Source of the DNA: Bifidobacterium longum subsp. longum JCM 1217
GTDB lineage: Bacteria; Actinomycetota; Actinomycetes; Actinomycetales; Bifidobacteriaceae
Direction of reading: 5' to 3'
DNA: 32,000 bases
Assembly (NCBI RefSeq): GCF_000196555.1
Contig: NC_015067.1
Location: 1,560,001 to 1,592,000 of the forward strand
A program made the translations under genes and the position numbers. The notes under the pieces are model-generated. The model did not search any database and was not told where the DNA came from. It saw nothing but the letters and a program-made list of their open reading frames with translations. Of the stretch, positions 8,633 to 20,534 are shown piece after piece; positions within the stretch are counted from its first letter, which is position 1; each line of letters begins with the position of its first letter.

Positions 8633-9180
8633 TACTTGGCGTCCGCCTCCGGCTCAGACTGTAGGGATTCGTCGGATTGCTCGATGAGATCCTTGTGTGA
8701 GAACGGCTCCCCCATAAGAATCAGAATCACCAGGACCACACCGGCGACTACCAGATAGATATCCGCCACATTGCCAACGGACCAGCCATAGTTAAGGAAA
8801 TCCACCACTTTGCCGTCGAGGAAGCCGTCAGCGTACATAACACGGTCAATCAGGTTGCCCAGAGCGCCTGCAAACGCGAAAGAAATCGCCACCGACCATT
8901 TCATGGAGACAGTGCGCACCCCAGCCACAGCAAGGGCCACGCAAGCCACAACGGCCAACAGACTGATTACCCAAGTAGCGCCTGATCCCATGCCCAAGGA
9001 CGCGCCCGGATTACGCACCAAGGTGAAGGACAGCAGTCCGGGAATCACTCGAATGGTCTGACCGTTGGATAACGCGGCCATCGCCCAAGCCTTGGTGAGC
9101 TGATCGACAATCAGCGCAGCCGCGGCCACACATGCAAAGACGGCCACGCGGGTGCGCAGCCGTCCCTGTTGGTTCGTCAT
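8632..9180 (-). CDS. lspA: Lipoprotein signal peptidase (signal peptidase II)
   Basis: 182 aa with 4 TM segments. Motifs FTLVRNPGASLGMG, GALGNLIDRV and VVDFLNYGWSVGNVADI. Confidence 0.9.
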   Translation of the reverse strand: MTNQQGRLRTRVAVFACVAAAALIVDQLTKAWAMAALSNGQTIRVIPGLLSFTLVRNPGASLGMGSGATWVISLLAVVACVALAVAGVRTVSMKWSVAISFAFAGALGNLIDRVMYADGFLDGKVVDFLNYGWSVGNVADIYLVVAGVVLVILILMGEPFSHKDLIEQSDESLQSEPEADAK

Positions 9181-9201
9181 ACGACCTGTACCTGCCTACG
9201 C

Positions 9202-10581
9202 TCAGTTGGTCTTGGACGAGGTCTGGTCGACGTAGTTGTTCGACTCGGAAACCTGCGATGCCAGCTGGCCGAGGTACTCGGTGAGGCGGGCGCGGTATTC
9301 AGTCTCGAACTGCTTGAGGCTCTGGATGTTGCCCTCGACGACCTTGGACTGAGCCTGAAGGTTGTCGCGCACCTGCTCGGCATACGTATCGGCTGCAGAG
9401 CGGGTGTTCTTGTCGTACGCATCAGCCGCGGAACGAGTGTTCTTGTCATACTCGGCGGCACGCTGCTGTACTTCCTTCTCGTAGTTGTCAGCGTCATCGT
9501 GCTGAGACTTGGAGTAGTTGTCCGCATCCTGACGAGTCTTGACGGAGTATGCGTCGGCCTCAGAACGGGTGTTCTGGGAGTAGGTCTCGGCATCCGCGTG
9601 AGTCTGGTCACGGTAAGCGTCGGCCTCGGAGCGGGTACGATCCGAATAGGTGTCGGCGTCGGAACGAGTACGAGTGGAGTAGTCGTCGGCCTCGGAACGG
9701 GTACGCTCGGAGTAGTTGTTGGCCTTGGTGACCAGATCGTTGTACTTGTTCTGGCTGGCCTCGGTGATTTCCTTGGCCTTGTTCTTGCCCTTCTCCACGT
9801 ACTGATCGTGCAGCTGCATAGCCAGGGTCAGCATGGCGGTGGCGCGCTCGGGCTCGGTGCCCGGCATGGAAGCGGCGCCAGCGATCTTCTGCAGAGAACC
9901 GGTCTCGGTGCTCGGCTCGACCTTAGAAACCTGAGCACGAAGCTGGTTTTCACGCTGCTTGGCTTCTTCGAGCTGACGGGACAGCTCAGCGATCTGAGCG
10001 GACTGCTGCTGAGCGGCGGAACCCTGCTGCTGAGCAGCGGCGAGCTGACGGGACAGCTCCTCGTTGGCCGCGCGGAACTGATCACGTTCCTGCTGAATGG
10101 CGGCGATCTGCTGACCGACAGCCTCCTGGTCACCGGAGGCCTGAGCAGCCTGAGCGGTGAGCTGATCGATTTGAGCGTTCAGCTGATCGACCTGACCCTT
10201 GAGCTGCTCATTCTGGGAGGACAGCGCGCGGTTGGATTCCTCGGCTTCGCTGAGCTTGGCAGAGACAAGCTGTGCTGCCTGATCATTGCCAGCCTGAACG
10301 GCCTGCTGGGCCTGAGCCACAGCGTTCTTCAAACCAGCATTCTCCGACTCGAGTTGCTGCACCTGACCGGTAAGATCGGAGATCTTCGCATTAAGGTTGG
10401 TCACGTCAGGACCCAGAGTCTGGGTGGCCTGACCGCCGGCTACCGCCTGACGTCCAAGAGCCTCGACGGTTTCCGTGACCTGATCAAGGAAGTCATCGAC
10501 CTCGTCGACATCATAACCTTCCTTGAATCGAACAGTCTGGAAGGTGTGCTCCCTAATATCCTTCGGCGTCAACAGAGCCAT
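9202..10581 (-). CDS. divIVA: DivIVA/Wag31-family cell-division and polar-growth protein with long coiled coil and repeat-rich C-terminal half
   Basis: Canonical N-terminus MALLTPKDIREHTFQTVRFKEGYDVDEVDDFLDQV, a Q/A-rich coiled coil, and its position after yggT in the dcw-distal cluster. Confidence 0.9.
   Translation of the reverse strand: MALLTPKDIREHTFQTVRFKEGYDVDEVDDFLDQVTETVEALGRQAVAGGQATQTLGPDVTNLNAKISDLTGQVQQLESENAGLKNAVAQAQQAVQAGNDQAAQLVSAKLSEAEESNRALSSQNEQLKGQVDQLNAQIDQLTAQAAQASGDQEAVGQQIAAIQQERDQFRAANEELSRQLAAAQQQGSAAQQQSAQIAELSRQLEEAKQRENQLRAQVSKVEPSTETGSLQKIAGAASMPGTEPERATAMLTLAMQLHDQYVEKGKNKAKEITEASQNKYNDLVTKANNYSERTRSEADDYSTRTRSDADTYSDRTRSEADAYRDQTHADAETYSQNTRSEADAYSVKTRQDADNYSKSQHDDADNYEKEVQQRAAEYDKNTRSAADAYDKNTRSAADTYAEQVRDNLQAQSKVVEGNIQSLKQFETEYRARLTEYLGQLASQVSESNNYVDQTSSKTN
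9358..9720 (-). repeat. About 11 tandem 33-bp (11-codon) repeats inside divIVA (consensus D-x-Y-S-x-x-T-R-S-E/D-A)
   Basis: Protein residues ~288-408: NNYSERTRSEA DDYSTRTRSDA DTYSDRTRSEA DAYRDQTHADA ETYSQNTRSEA DAYSVKTRQDA DNYSKSQHDDA DNYEKEVQQRA AEYDKNTRSAA DAYDKNTRSAA DTYAEQVRDNL. The periodicity is visible in the DNA. Confidence 0.8.
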
Positions 10582-10720
10582 AAATCTTGCACCTCGCTTT
10601 GGGGCATCGCCCGCACTTACGTTGGTCTCAAGTCAGAATGCTATCACGACCCCATCGTTTCAGAACATTCGACGTGGGTTTTTATGCCAGATATATGCCT
10701 CCGGCGGGTCAAAAACGGCC

Positions 10721-11023
10721 TCAGAACACTATCAGAACAACACTTTCCAGTACCACCAGCGCAAAATACAGCACAATGAAGCTGACATCAAGATAAATCG
10801 AACCGAGCGGCAATGGGCGAATATAGCGACGTAGCCAGCGCAGAGGGGGTTCGGTAATGGAATACACAATATTGATCAGCTGGGCCACCACACCACGTGG
10901 ATACCAGTTTCGTGCGAGAACGGAGACCCAGTCCAGAATCATGCGCACGAACAGAACCGTGATATACGCGTTAATGAGCCATGCAAGAATGCGGCCGATC
11001 AGAGAGAACACTAAGGAAAGCAT
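10721..11023 (-). CDS. YggT family membrane protein
   Basis: 100 aa with 2-3 TM segments. LINAYITVLFVRMILDWV is typical of YggT/YlmG, and the gene has the conserved position between sepF and divIVA. Confidence 0.8.
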   Translation of the reverse strand: MLSLVFSLIGRILAWLINAYITVLFVRMILDWVSVLARNWYPRGVVAQLINIVYSITEPPLRWLRRYIRPLPLGSIYLDVSFIVLYFALVVLESVVLIVF

Positions 11024-11075
11024 GCTGACAGACTAACAACCGCGCATGAAAAGTTTGCTCGGAGCACAATAAGAA

Positions 11076-11105
11076 TCGGCCGACTCCTTGCTGGGAGTCG
11101 GCCGA
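11076..11105 (-). terminator. Stem-loop downstream of sepF (possible intrinsic terminator or attenuator)
   Basis: On the minus strand: TCGGCCGACTCC-cagcaa-GGAGTCGGCCGA (12-bp perfect stem) followed by TTCTTATTGT. Confidence 0.5.
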
Positions 11106-11144
11106 ATACCGATATAACGTCGAATGCGAAAACTACTGAACCGG

Positions 11145-11624
11145 TCAGTCAGCGAACAAATCGTGTGCCGAGGCTGGTTTTGTCGGCTCTTCGACCTTGA
11201 TGTTCACCTGCGCCGGGCTCAACAGGAACACGCGCGGAGTGACACGCTCGAGGGAACCACGCACGCCGAACACCACGCCGGCGGAGAAGTCCACGATGCG
11301 ATATGCCACGGCTTCGGCCACACCGGTGAGATTCAGTACGACCGGAACACCGTCACGCAATGCGCGGCCGACCAGTTGAGCATCCTCATATGACTTCGGA
11401 TGGATGGTGGTGATTCTGTTCACACGGCCACCGGGGAACGGCTTGGTAGTCGACGATGCGGCAGGCGCGGTGGTTGACGCCAGCGGCGTGACCGTATGGT
11501 CGGAATCAAATGCGGACTTCGAAGCCGGCTTCTGCTCCTCGTCCTCCTCGATGTAGTCGTCCTCATCGTCCACAACGTCACTCATGCCCAGATAGGACAT
11601 CGCGTTTTTCATGAACCCAGCCAT
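11145..11624 (-). CDS. sepF: Cell division protein SepF
   Basis: MAGFMKNAMSYLGM..., an acidic linker, and the C-terminal core ITTIHPKSYEDAQLVGRALRDGVPVVLNLTGV...AYRIVDFSAGVVFGVRGSLERVTPRVFLLSP. It starts 12 nt after ftsZ. Confidence 0.9.
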   Translation of the reverse strand: MAGFMKNAMSYLGMSDVVDDEDDYIEEDEEQKPASKSAFDSDHTVTPLASTTAPAASSTTKPFPGGRVNRITTIHPKSYEDAQLVGRALRDGVPVVLNLTGVAEAVAYRIVDFSAGVVFGVRGSLERVTPRVFLLSPAQVNIKVEEPTKPASAHDLFAD

Positions 11625-11636
11625 GGATCAATCCTT

Positions 11637-12848
11637 TCAGCGCAGGAAGTCAGGGATGTCGAGATCGCCAGCCGGATCGTTCACGGCGATATTCGGATGA
11701 GCGGAAGTCGGATCATCAAAAGGCAACGATGCGGAGTCACCGATAGCCGGTGTGAATGCCGGTTGGGCAGTGGCAGCGGGCTGTGCAGCCGGTGCCGGTG
11801 CTGGAGCTGGCTGTGCCACGGGAGTCGCAGGATCGGCGGCGGTTGGCACAACCGGCGTCACCGTGCTCTGAGTGTCGTCATCTTGAGCGGCGACGGGGTC
11901 AAAACCAGCAGCAATAACAGTGACACGCACTTCATCGCCATAAGCATCGTCCAGAGCAAGACCCCAAATAATCTGGGCTTCAGGGTGAATCGCCTTGCGC
12001 ACCAGTTCGGTGGCAGCAGAGGCCTCCTGCAACTTCAGGTCGGTCGGACCGGCGATGTTGATCAGCGCACCGTGTGCGCCTTCGATGCTTTCCTCAAGCA
12101 GCGGAGAGCTGATGGCGATTTCGGCGGCCTGCGTGGCACGATCCTCTCCCCGTGCGGAACCGATACCAAACAGCGCAGTACCAGCACCACGAAGAATGGA
12201 GTTCACATCGTTGAAGTCGACGTGAATATAGGAGTTCATCGAAATCAGGTCAGTGATGCCCTGAACACCGGCAAGCAGTGCGGTATCAGCGGTCTTGAAG
12301 GCCTCAATGATGCCGATGGAACGGTCGGAAAGCTCGAGCAGGCGATCGTTCGGAATGACGATCAGCGCGTCGACTTCCTTGCGCAGGTTGTCGATGCCGT
12401 ATTCGGCGGAAGCGGAACGCTGAGGGCCTTCGAAGCTGAACGGACGAGTAACAACCGCGATGGTGAGAGCACCCTGTTGATGAGCCGCACGAGCGACGAT
12501 CGGGCTGGCGCCAGTACCGGTGCCACCGCCCTCGCCGCAGGTGACGAACACCATGTCGGCACCCCTAAGCGCCTCTTCGATATCCGACTGGTGGTCCTGG
12601 GCCGCCTTGGCTCCACGCTCCGGGTCGGCACCAGCACCGAGACCACGACTGGACTTATCGGAAAGGGAAATCTTGACATCCGCATCAGAGCGCAGAAGAT
12701 CCTTCGCATCGGTATTTACCGCCACAAATTCAACATTCTGTAATCCCTCGGCAATCATGCGATTGACGGCATTACCGCCGGCACCGCCGACGCCAACAAC
12801 CTTGATGTTGGTCTTGTCGTTGAACTCATTCTGCGCGATCTCGCTCAC
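11637..12848 (-). CDS. ftsZ: Cell division GTPase FtsZ (GTG start)
   Basis: [17 protein letters not shown], the tubulin signature [13 protein letters not shown], a P/A-rich linker, and the C-terminal peptide DLDIPDFLR. Confidence 0.97.
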   Translation of the reverse strand: MSEIAQNEFNDKTNIKVVGVGGAGGNAVNRMIAEGLQNVEFVAVNTDAKDLLRSDADVKISLSDKSSRGLGAGADPERGAKAAQDHQSDIEEALRGADMVFVTCGEGGGTGTGASPIVARAAHQQGALTIAVVTRPFSFEGPQRSASAEYGIDNLRKEVDALIVIPNDRLLELSDRSIGIIEAFKTADTALLAGVQGITDLISMNSYIHVDFNDVNSILRGAGTALFGIGSARGEDRATQAAEIAISSPLLEESIEGAHGALINIAGPTDLKLQEASAATELVRKAIHPEAQIIWGLALDDAYGDEVRVTVIAAGFDPVAAQDDDTQSTVTPVVPTAADPATPVAQPAPAPAPAAQPAATAQPAFTPAIGDSASLPFDDPTSAHPNIAVNDPAGDLDIPDFLR

Positions 12849-12959
12849 GTTTGGCTCCTGTCACTTCACGGTTACACCCAAGAGTAGCGCAAACAGGCTA
12901 CTCTTGGAGGGAAATTCACGCGCAGAATGGCGCGTGTTGCGTGTATTTTCAGTATTTTC

Positions 12960-14204
12960 TCAGTAACTGGCGTCCATTGGGTCGTCACCGAAGAGCGCCT
13001 CACGCTCTTCGTGGGTGGTGGTACGCGATTCCAACCAGCCATACGGCAAGTGCACCTTCTTGGCGAAACGCACGCGGCCGCGCGGTTTGTCGACCACGCG
13101 TGGCGGGTATTCGATAGTCGGGTCGAGCTTGCCGATCTCGCGGTCCACATCGGCCAGGCTCTCGCATTCCATAAAGGCCTTGCGGGTGGAGCCGCCCACC
13201 GGGAATCCTTTCAGATACCAGGCGATGTGCTTGCGCAGATCGTGGACGGCCATCATCTCATCGCCCTCATAAAACTCGGTAAGCAGCTCGGCATGACGGT
13301 GAATCACGCGGCAGACCTCGCCCAGATTCGGGTTGAGCCGTTCGGGATTGCCCTCGAAGGCGTTTTTGATGTTGGCGAACAGCCACGGCCGGCCCTGGCA
13401 TCCGCGGCCGATGGCCACACCGTCGCAGCCGGTCTCGCGCACCATTTCGAGCGCATCCTCGGCACCCCAGATATCGCCATTGCCGAATACCGGAATGTTG
13501 AGGTGTTCCTTGAGCTCGCCGATGCGGGACCAGTCGGAATGACCGCCATAGTATTCGGCGGCGGTACGGGCATGCAGGGTTACGGCCTTGCAGCCCTCCT
13601 CCTGCGCGATGTGTCCGGCTTCGAGGAAGGTCTCATGGTTATGGTCGATGCCGACGCGGATCTTCGCGGTGACGGGGATGCCCGCCGGCTCGCATACGGC
13701 GACCACGCGCTGTAATAGCTCAGTGAAAATGTCGGTTTTCCAAGGCAAGGCCGAACCACCGCCTCGACGAGTGACCTTGGGCACCGGGCAACCGAAGTTC
13801 AGATCCACATGGTCGGCCATGTTGCCGTCGACCACGATTTTCGCCGCCTGTTCGGTGATGGAGGGGTTCACGCCGTACAACTGCAGTGAACGGATTTTTT
13901 CGCTTTTGGCGAAATGACAGAGGCGCAGTGCTTTCGGGTTATGCGCCACGAGGGCTCGAGCGGTGATCATCTCGGCCACGTAGAGTCCATCGGGACCATA
14001 TTCCTCGCAAATCACGCGGAAGGGCCAGTTGGTCACTCCCGCCATCGGCGAGAGCACCACCGGGGTCGGCACGGTGATGTTGCCGAGTTGGACCGGGGCG
14101 ATATGCACCGGGGTCCCGGGGCGCGCCGGCGCGTCCGTACGTGGGTCGAGGTTGTCGGTCTCGTGATGCTCGGTGAGCACTGTTTCGGATTCGGATTGTG
14201 CCAT
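12960..14204 (-). CDS. dus: tRNA-dihydrouridine synthase
   Basis: [56 protein letters not shown]: Dus family motifs. Confidence 0.9.
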   Translation of the reverse strand: MAQSESETVLTEHHETDNLDPRTDAPARPGTPVHIAPVQLGNITVPTPVVLSPMAGVTNWPFRVICEEYGPDGLYVAEMITARALVAHNPKALRLCHFAKSEKIRSLQLYGVNPSITEQAAKIVVDGNMADHVDLNFGCPVPKVTRRGGGSALPWKTDIFTELLQRVVAVCEPAGIPVTAKIRVGIDHNHETFLEAGHIAQEEGCKAVTLHARTAAEYYGGHSDWSRIGELKEHLNIPVFGNGDIWGAEDALEMVRETGCDGVAIGRGCQGRPWLFANIKNAFEGNPERLNPNLGEVCRVIHRHAELLTEFYEGDEMMAVHDLRKHIAWYLKGFPVGGSTRKAFMECESLADVDREIGKLDPTIEYPPRVVDKPRGRVRFAKKVHLPYGWLESRTTTHEEREALFGDDPMDASY

Positions 14205-14226
14205 GTGATTCCTAAGAAAATAAGTA

Positions 14227-14251
14227 GGGGCTCCCCTGAGAGAGGAGCCCC
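14227..14251 (-). terminator. Intrinsic terminator-like hairpin after glyQS, a member of the recurrent GGCTCC...GGAGCC family
   Basis: On the minus strand: GGGGCTCC-tctctcagg-GGAGCCCC followed by TACTTATTTTCTT. It lies 23 nt upstream of the dus ATG. A degenerate second copy lies at 14307-14329. Confidence 0.55.
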
Positions 14252-14348
14252 GGCGTCTATCGCCGCCACTTCGCCTACAAACAGCCCACTGGGATGTCTT
14301 CCTTACGGCTCAGCCCACAGAGGGGAGCCCAAGTTGTGCGACTCCGGC

Positions 14349-15821
14349 TTAGTACAGGCCGCCGGCTTCCTGAACGCCGGACTCAGGCCAAGGCTCACCG
14401 CCCATTTCCACAGGCTTCAGGGGCACGCGGGTGCGCTTCTCGCCGATGCGGGCGGCCACGTAATCGGCCACCTTGTCAAGAGCGACGCGCTCCTGGGCCA
14501 TGGTGTCACGCTCACGGATGGTCACAGCGTGGTCCTCGAGGGTGTCGAAGTCCACGGTGATGCACAGCGGGGTGCCGATCTCGTCCTGACGACGGTAACG
14601 ACGACCGATGGCACCGGACTCGTCGTAGTCGATCATCCACTCGTTGAAGCGCAGGTCGTCGGCCAGGTTCTGGGCCACGGTCTGCAGTTCAGGCTTCTTG
14701 CTCAGCGGCAGCACGGCGGCCTTGACCGGGGCCAGACGCGGGTCGAGACGCAGCACGGTGCGCTTGTCAACGCCGCCCTTGGTGTTCGGGGCCTCGTCCA
14801 CATCGTAGGCGTCCACGAGGAAGCACATCAGGGAGCGGGTCAGGCCGGCGGCCGGTTCGATGACGTACGGCACGTACTTCTCGCCGGTGGCCTGGTTGAA
14901 GTAGCTCAGGTCTTCGCCGGAGTGCTTGGAGTGCGCGCTCAAATCGTAATCGGTACGGTTGGCGATGCCTTCGAGCTCGCCCCAGTCGGAACCCTGGAAG
15001 CCGAACTTGTATTCGATGTCCACGGTGCGCTTGGAGTAGTGGGAGAGCTTCTCCTTCGGATGCTCGTAGTGGCGCAGGTTCTCCGGCTTGACGCCGAGGT
15101 CGATGTACCAGCGGGTGCGGGCGTCGATCCAGTACTGGTGCCATTCCTCATCGGTGCCGGGCGTGACGAAGAACTCCATCTCCATCTGCTCGAACTCACG
15201 GGTGCGGAAGATGAAGTTACCCGGGGTGATCTCGTTACGGAAGGACTTACCCATGTTGGCGATGCCGAACGGCGGCCTGGAACGGGAAGAGGTCATCACG
15301 TTCTTGAAGTCCACGAAGATGCCCTGTGCAGTCTCCGGACGCAGGTAGTGCAGGCTGTTCTCGTCCTCGACCGGGCCGAGGTGGGTGCGCAGCATCATGT
15401 TGAAGTCGCGCGGTTCGGTCCACTGGCCACGGGTGCCGCAGTTCGGGCAGACGATGTCCTTCATGCCGTTTTCCGGCATCTTGTCGCCGTGCTTCTCGGC
15501 GTAGGATTCCTCGAGCTTGTCGGCGCGGTTGCGCTTGTGGCAGTTGAGACACTCGACGAGCGGATCGTTGAACACGCTCACGTGGCCGGACGCCACCCAC
15601 ACTTCGGGCGGCAGAATGATGGAAGTGTCGACACCGACGACATCAGGACGGGTGACGACCATGGAGCGCCACCATTCACGTTTGATATTGTCCTTGAGAG
15701 CGACGCCGAGAGGGCCGTAATCCCAAGCGGAACGGGTGCCGCCGTAAATTTCGCCGGCGGGGAACACGAAGCCGCGACGCTTCGCAAGGGATACGACTTC
15801 ATCGAGTTTGGACTGAGCCAC
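14349..15821 (-). CDS. glyQS: Glycine--tRNA ligase (class II, homodimeric GlyQS type)
   Basis: 490 aa. [13 protein letters not shown], the Zn-type insertion [11 protein letters not shown]...[30 protein letters not shown], and the anticodon-binding C-terminus. Confidence 0.95.
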   Translation of the reverse strand: MAQSKLDEVVSLAKRRGFVFPAGEIYGGTRSAWDYGPLGVALKDNIKREWWRSMVVTRPDVVGVDTSIILPPEVWVASGHVSVFNDPLVECLNCHKRNRADKLEESYAEKHGDKMPENGMKDIVCPNCGTRGQWTEPRDFNMMLRTHLGPVEDENSLHYLRPETAQGIFVDFKNVMTSSRSRPPFGIANMGKSFRNEITPGNFIFRTREFEQMEMEFFVTPGTDEEWHQYWIDARTRWYIDLGVKPENLRHYEHPKEKLSHYSKRTVDIEYKFGFQGSDWGELEGIANRTDYDLSAHSKHSGEDLSYFNQATGEKYVPYVIEPAAGLTRSLMCFLVDAYDVDEAPNTKGGVDKRTVLRLDPRLAPVKAAVLPLSKKPELQTVAQNLADDLRFNEWMIDYDESGAIGRRYRRQDEIGTPLCITVDFDTLEDHAVTIRERDTMAQERVALDKVADYVAARIGEKRTRVPLKPVEMGGEPWPESGVQEAGGLY

Positions 15822-16159
15822 AATGCACCTTCTGGTTTGAACGGTTTGGGGTCTAATAACAACCGCTTCAGGATAGCCGTATATGGTGACAGGTCAGGCG
15901 GCATTGTCCGGTATATGTTCCGCGTCTCACGAGCGGCCGTTCGCAGCGATTCCTATATCGCAACACCTCCATATTGTTCCTGTTGTTTTACCCTTCCCGA
16001 ATTTGTGCCACTGACATCGCGTCAGCGTCACAAATTCGGGAGATGTTGCTCGGCGGAGGCGTCTATGTATCACGAATGGACGGGGACGCGCCAGACCTGA
16101 CGACACGTATCGAACAAATCCGTCACGATAATGTCCATGTTGGCGCATAGCGTCGGCAC

Positions 16160-16256
16160 TGTAATGCAGGGGAACTCGCATGTGGTTCGCGAGTTGAGAA
16201 AGGCCTGAGCCTGACCCTTAGAACCTGTTGGTTAAGACCATCGTAGGGAGCAGTAA
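16160..16256 (+). promoter_or_regulatory. TPP (THI-box) riboswitch controlling thiM
   Basis: GGGGAACUCGC...GCGAGUUGAGA (P2/J2-3 CUGAGA-like), a GGC-cuga-GCC P3 stem, and ACCCUUAGAACCUGUUGGUUAAGACCAUCGUAGGGAG. This matches the conserved ACCC..GAACCUGAUC.GGxUAAUxCC.GCGUAGGGA core. The SD GGGAG (16246-16250) is embedded in the 3' end, 6 nt before ATG 16257. Confidence 0.85.
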
Positions 16257-17201
16257 ATGAGCAATAGTGCATCATCGTTTACCGGCGTGTCCAGCGGTTA
16301 TACCGCCGGGACTCCGGTTCCAGCCGATTCACCCATCCGTGACAATATCGCCGATGCCGTTCGCCGCGTACGCGAGACGACTCCGTTGGCCCAGTCATTC
16401 ACCAATTTTGTGACCATCAATTTGGTTGCCAACGCGCAACTGGCGGCCGGCGGCACTGCGGCCATGAGTTTCCTGCCGGACGACGTGATCGAAACCGCGA
16501 AAATCGCGGGCGCGAACTACATCAACGTGGGCACGCTGCTGCCGTTCTATAAGGACGCACTGCCCGAAATCGCCCAGCGACTCAACTACTTGGACAAGCC
16601 GTGGGTGCTCGACCCGGTGGCCGCCGGCATCGGCCGCACCCGTACCGCCATTCTTCAGGCCTTCAAGGCCGCTCCCCCGACCATGATTCGCGCGAATGCA
16701 TCCGAGGTAATCGCGCTGGCGAACATGTGGGGGCTCAATACCGAAACCGTGGGGGACGCTTCCGAGCACCGCCCCGCCGGAGTGGAATCCGTCGACGACG
16801 TGGAGTCCGCAACCGGCGCGGCGGTGGCGCTGGCACAGTATCTGACCGAACAGCACGCCAAGCATTCCTCCCATGACGCTTCCACCCGCTGCGCCGTGGC
16901 CGTGTCCGGCATCGCCGATCTGGTGACCGATGGCGAAACCGTGTACCGACTGCCGGGCGGCAGCGCGATGATGACCAAGATCACCGGTGCCGGCTGCTCG
17001 CTGGGCGGCGTGGCTGCCACGTATTTGGCGGTCTCCGATCCGTTGACCGCCGCCCTGTCCGCGTCTCTGCTGTACAACCGCGCGGGAGAGGTGGCCGATA
17101 CAACTTCGCACGGACCGGGCTCGTTCCAAGTTGCGTTCCTTGACGCGCTGTGGAATGTGACCGCCGAACAGGTGGCGGAATCCGAGATTTTGGTGCAGTA
17201 G
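16257..17201 (+). CDS. thiM: Hydroxyethylthiazole kinase
   Basis: TPLAQSFTNFVTINLVANAQLAAGGTAAM, PWVLDPVAAG, GAGCSLGGVAA: ThiM motifs. It has an N-terminal extension of about 30 aa relative to typical ThiM. Confidence 0.9.
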   Translation: MSNSASSFTGVSSGYTAGTPVPADSPIRDNIADAVRRVRETTPLAQSFTNFVTINLVANAQLAAGGTAAMSFLPDDVIETAKIAGANYINVGTLLPFYKDALPEIAQRLNYLDKPWVLDPVAAGIGRTRTAILQAFKAAPPTMIRANASEVIALANMWGLNTETVGDASEHRPAGVESVDDVESATGAAVALAQYLTEQHAKHSSHDASTRCAVAVSGIADLVTDGETVYRLPGGSAMMTKITGAGCSLGGVAATYLAVSDPLTAALSASLLYNRAGEVADTTSHGPGSFQVAFLDALWNVTAEQVAESEILVQ

Positions 17202-17206
17202 TTTCA

Positions 17207-17226
17207 GTTCCCTCTGATGAGGGAGC
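17207..17226 (+). terminator. Small stem-loop between thiM and thiE-thiC (weak terminator or processing element)
   Basis: GTTCCCTC-tgat-GAGGGAGC (8 bp including one G-U pair). The T-run (TTTTTT) starts only 8 nt later, so this is not a canonical intrinsic terminator. Confidence 0.3.
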
Positions 17227-17232
17227 TCATAA

Positions 17233-20037
<2,805 letters not shown>

Positions 20038-20045
20038 ACCTCTCT

Positions 20046-20068
20046 GGCTCCCCTCTCTGAGGGGAGCC
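20046..20068. terminator. GC-rich hairpin shared by convergent thiE-thiC and the small minus-strand ORF
   Basis: GGCTCCCC-tctctga-GGGGAGCC, 8 nt after the thiC stop, followed by AATTATTAT. Confidence 0.5.
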
Positions 20069-20073
20069 AATTA

Positions 20074-20403
20074 TTATGCCCGGTGGTGTCTTAATTCGGG
20101 ACGACGCTCGACTCGCTCGAAGGCGGTGCCGAAGTGTGCGCCATCTGGACCGAGGCCGTCGGAAGTCTCCAGGACCACGCCTTCGTTGAGCGCACGGCGC
20201 ACGATGCCCACACGGGGCTTCAACGGCCACACATCATGCGGCACTTTGCGATAGAAATCCGTACCGACGAGCAACACGTCGCCCACATCGAACACTTCCT
20301 GACGCGGAAATGTGAGCTGTGTGGTGTGTCCGTTAGGCATTACGCCAAAATATGCGGTGAGTTCCGGTGATGCGCACCAAGACGCCGTCACGGCGCAGTA
20401 CAT
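20074..20403 (-). CDS. Hypothetical small protein (109 aa; possibly shorter from an internal Met)
   Basis: The ORF has strong third-position GC bias consistent with real coding in this genome. It is convergent with thiC and ends at the shared hairpin. I recognised no family and no clear SD at 20403. Confidence 0.35.
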   Translation of the reverse strand: MYCAVTASWCASPELTAYFGVMPNGHTTQLTFPRQEVFDVGDVLLVGTDFYRKVPHDVWPLKPRVGIVRRALNEGVVLETSDGLGPDGAHFGTAFERVERRPELRHHRA

Positions 20404-20534
20404 CGTTATCAGCCATGTCTCCTCCCGAACATTTCATGAATCAATCGCAATCAGCAAACCTTCCCCGTCTCACCACAGGAGCGGCAAAACATCAAGGAAA
20501 ACCGCTCCGAAAAACATCATGGGCCCCACTTAGA

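Noticed and set aside
9169-10779. 536-aa + strand ORF
   Set aside because: It is antisense to divIVA, which has a canonical DivIVA N-terminus. The product is low-complexity (G/L/V-rich) with no motifs. This is a typical shadow ORF of high-GC DNA.
11496-12743. 415-aa + strand ORF
   Set aside because: Antisense to ftsZ and sepF. Shadow ORF.
12849-12959. Hairpins between dus and ftsZ (CCAAGAGTAGC-n8-GCTACTCTTGG; CACGCGC-n6-GCGCGTG) as the dus terminator
   Set aside because: The stems are real, but neither is followed by a U-run on the minus (coding) strand. I cannot support a terminator call; they may be ftsZ leader structure.
13914-16100. 728-aa + strand ORF
   Set aside because: It is antisense to glyQS and the start of dus. 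The composition is rich in G/A/V/H/R with no recognisable domain, whereas the minus-strand products are unambiguous.
20367-20534. N-terminal 56-aa extension of thiD in the ORF track
   Set aside because: The extension (MMRTKTPSRRSTSLS...) has no homology to ThiD, overlaps the convergent small ORF, and is Ser/Thr/Arg/Pro-rich. ThiD homology begins at [20 protein letters not shown].
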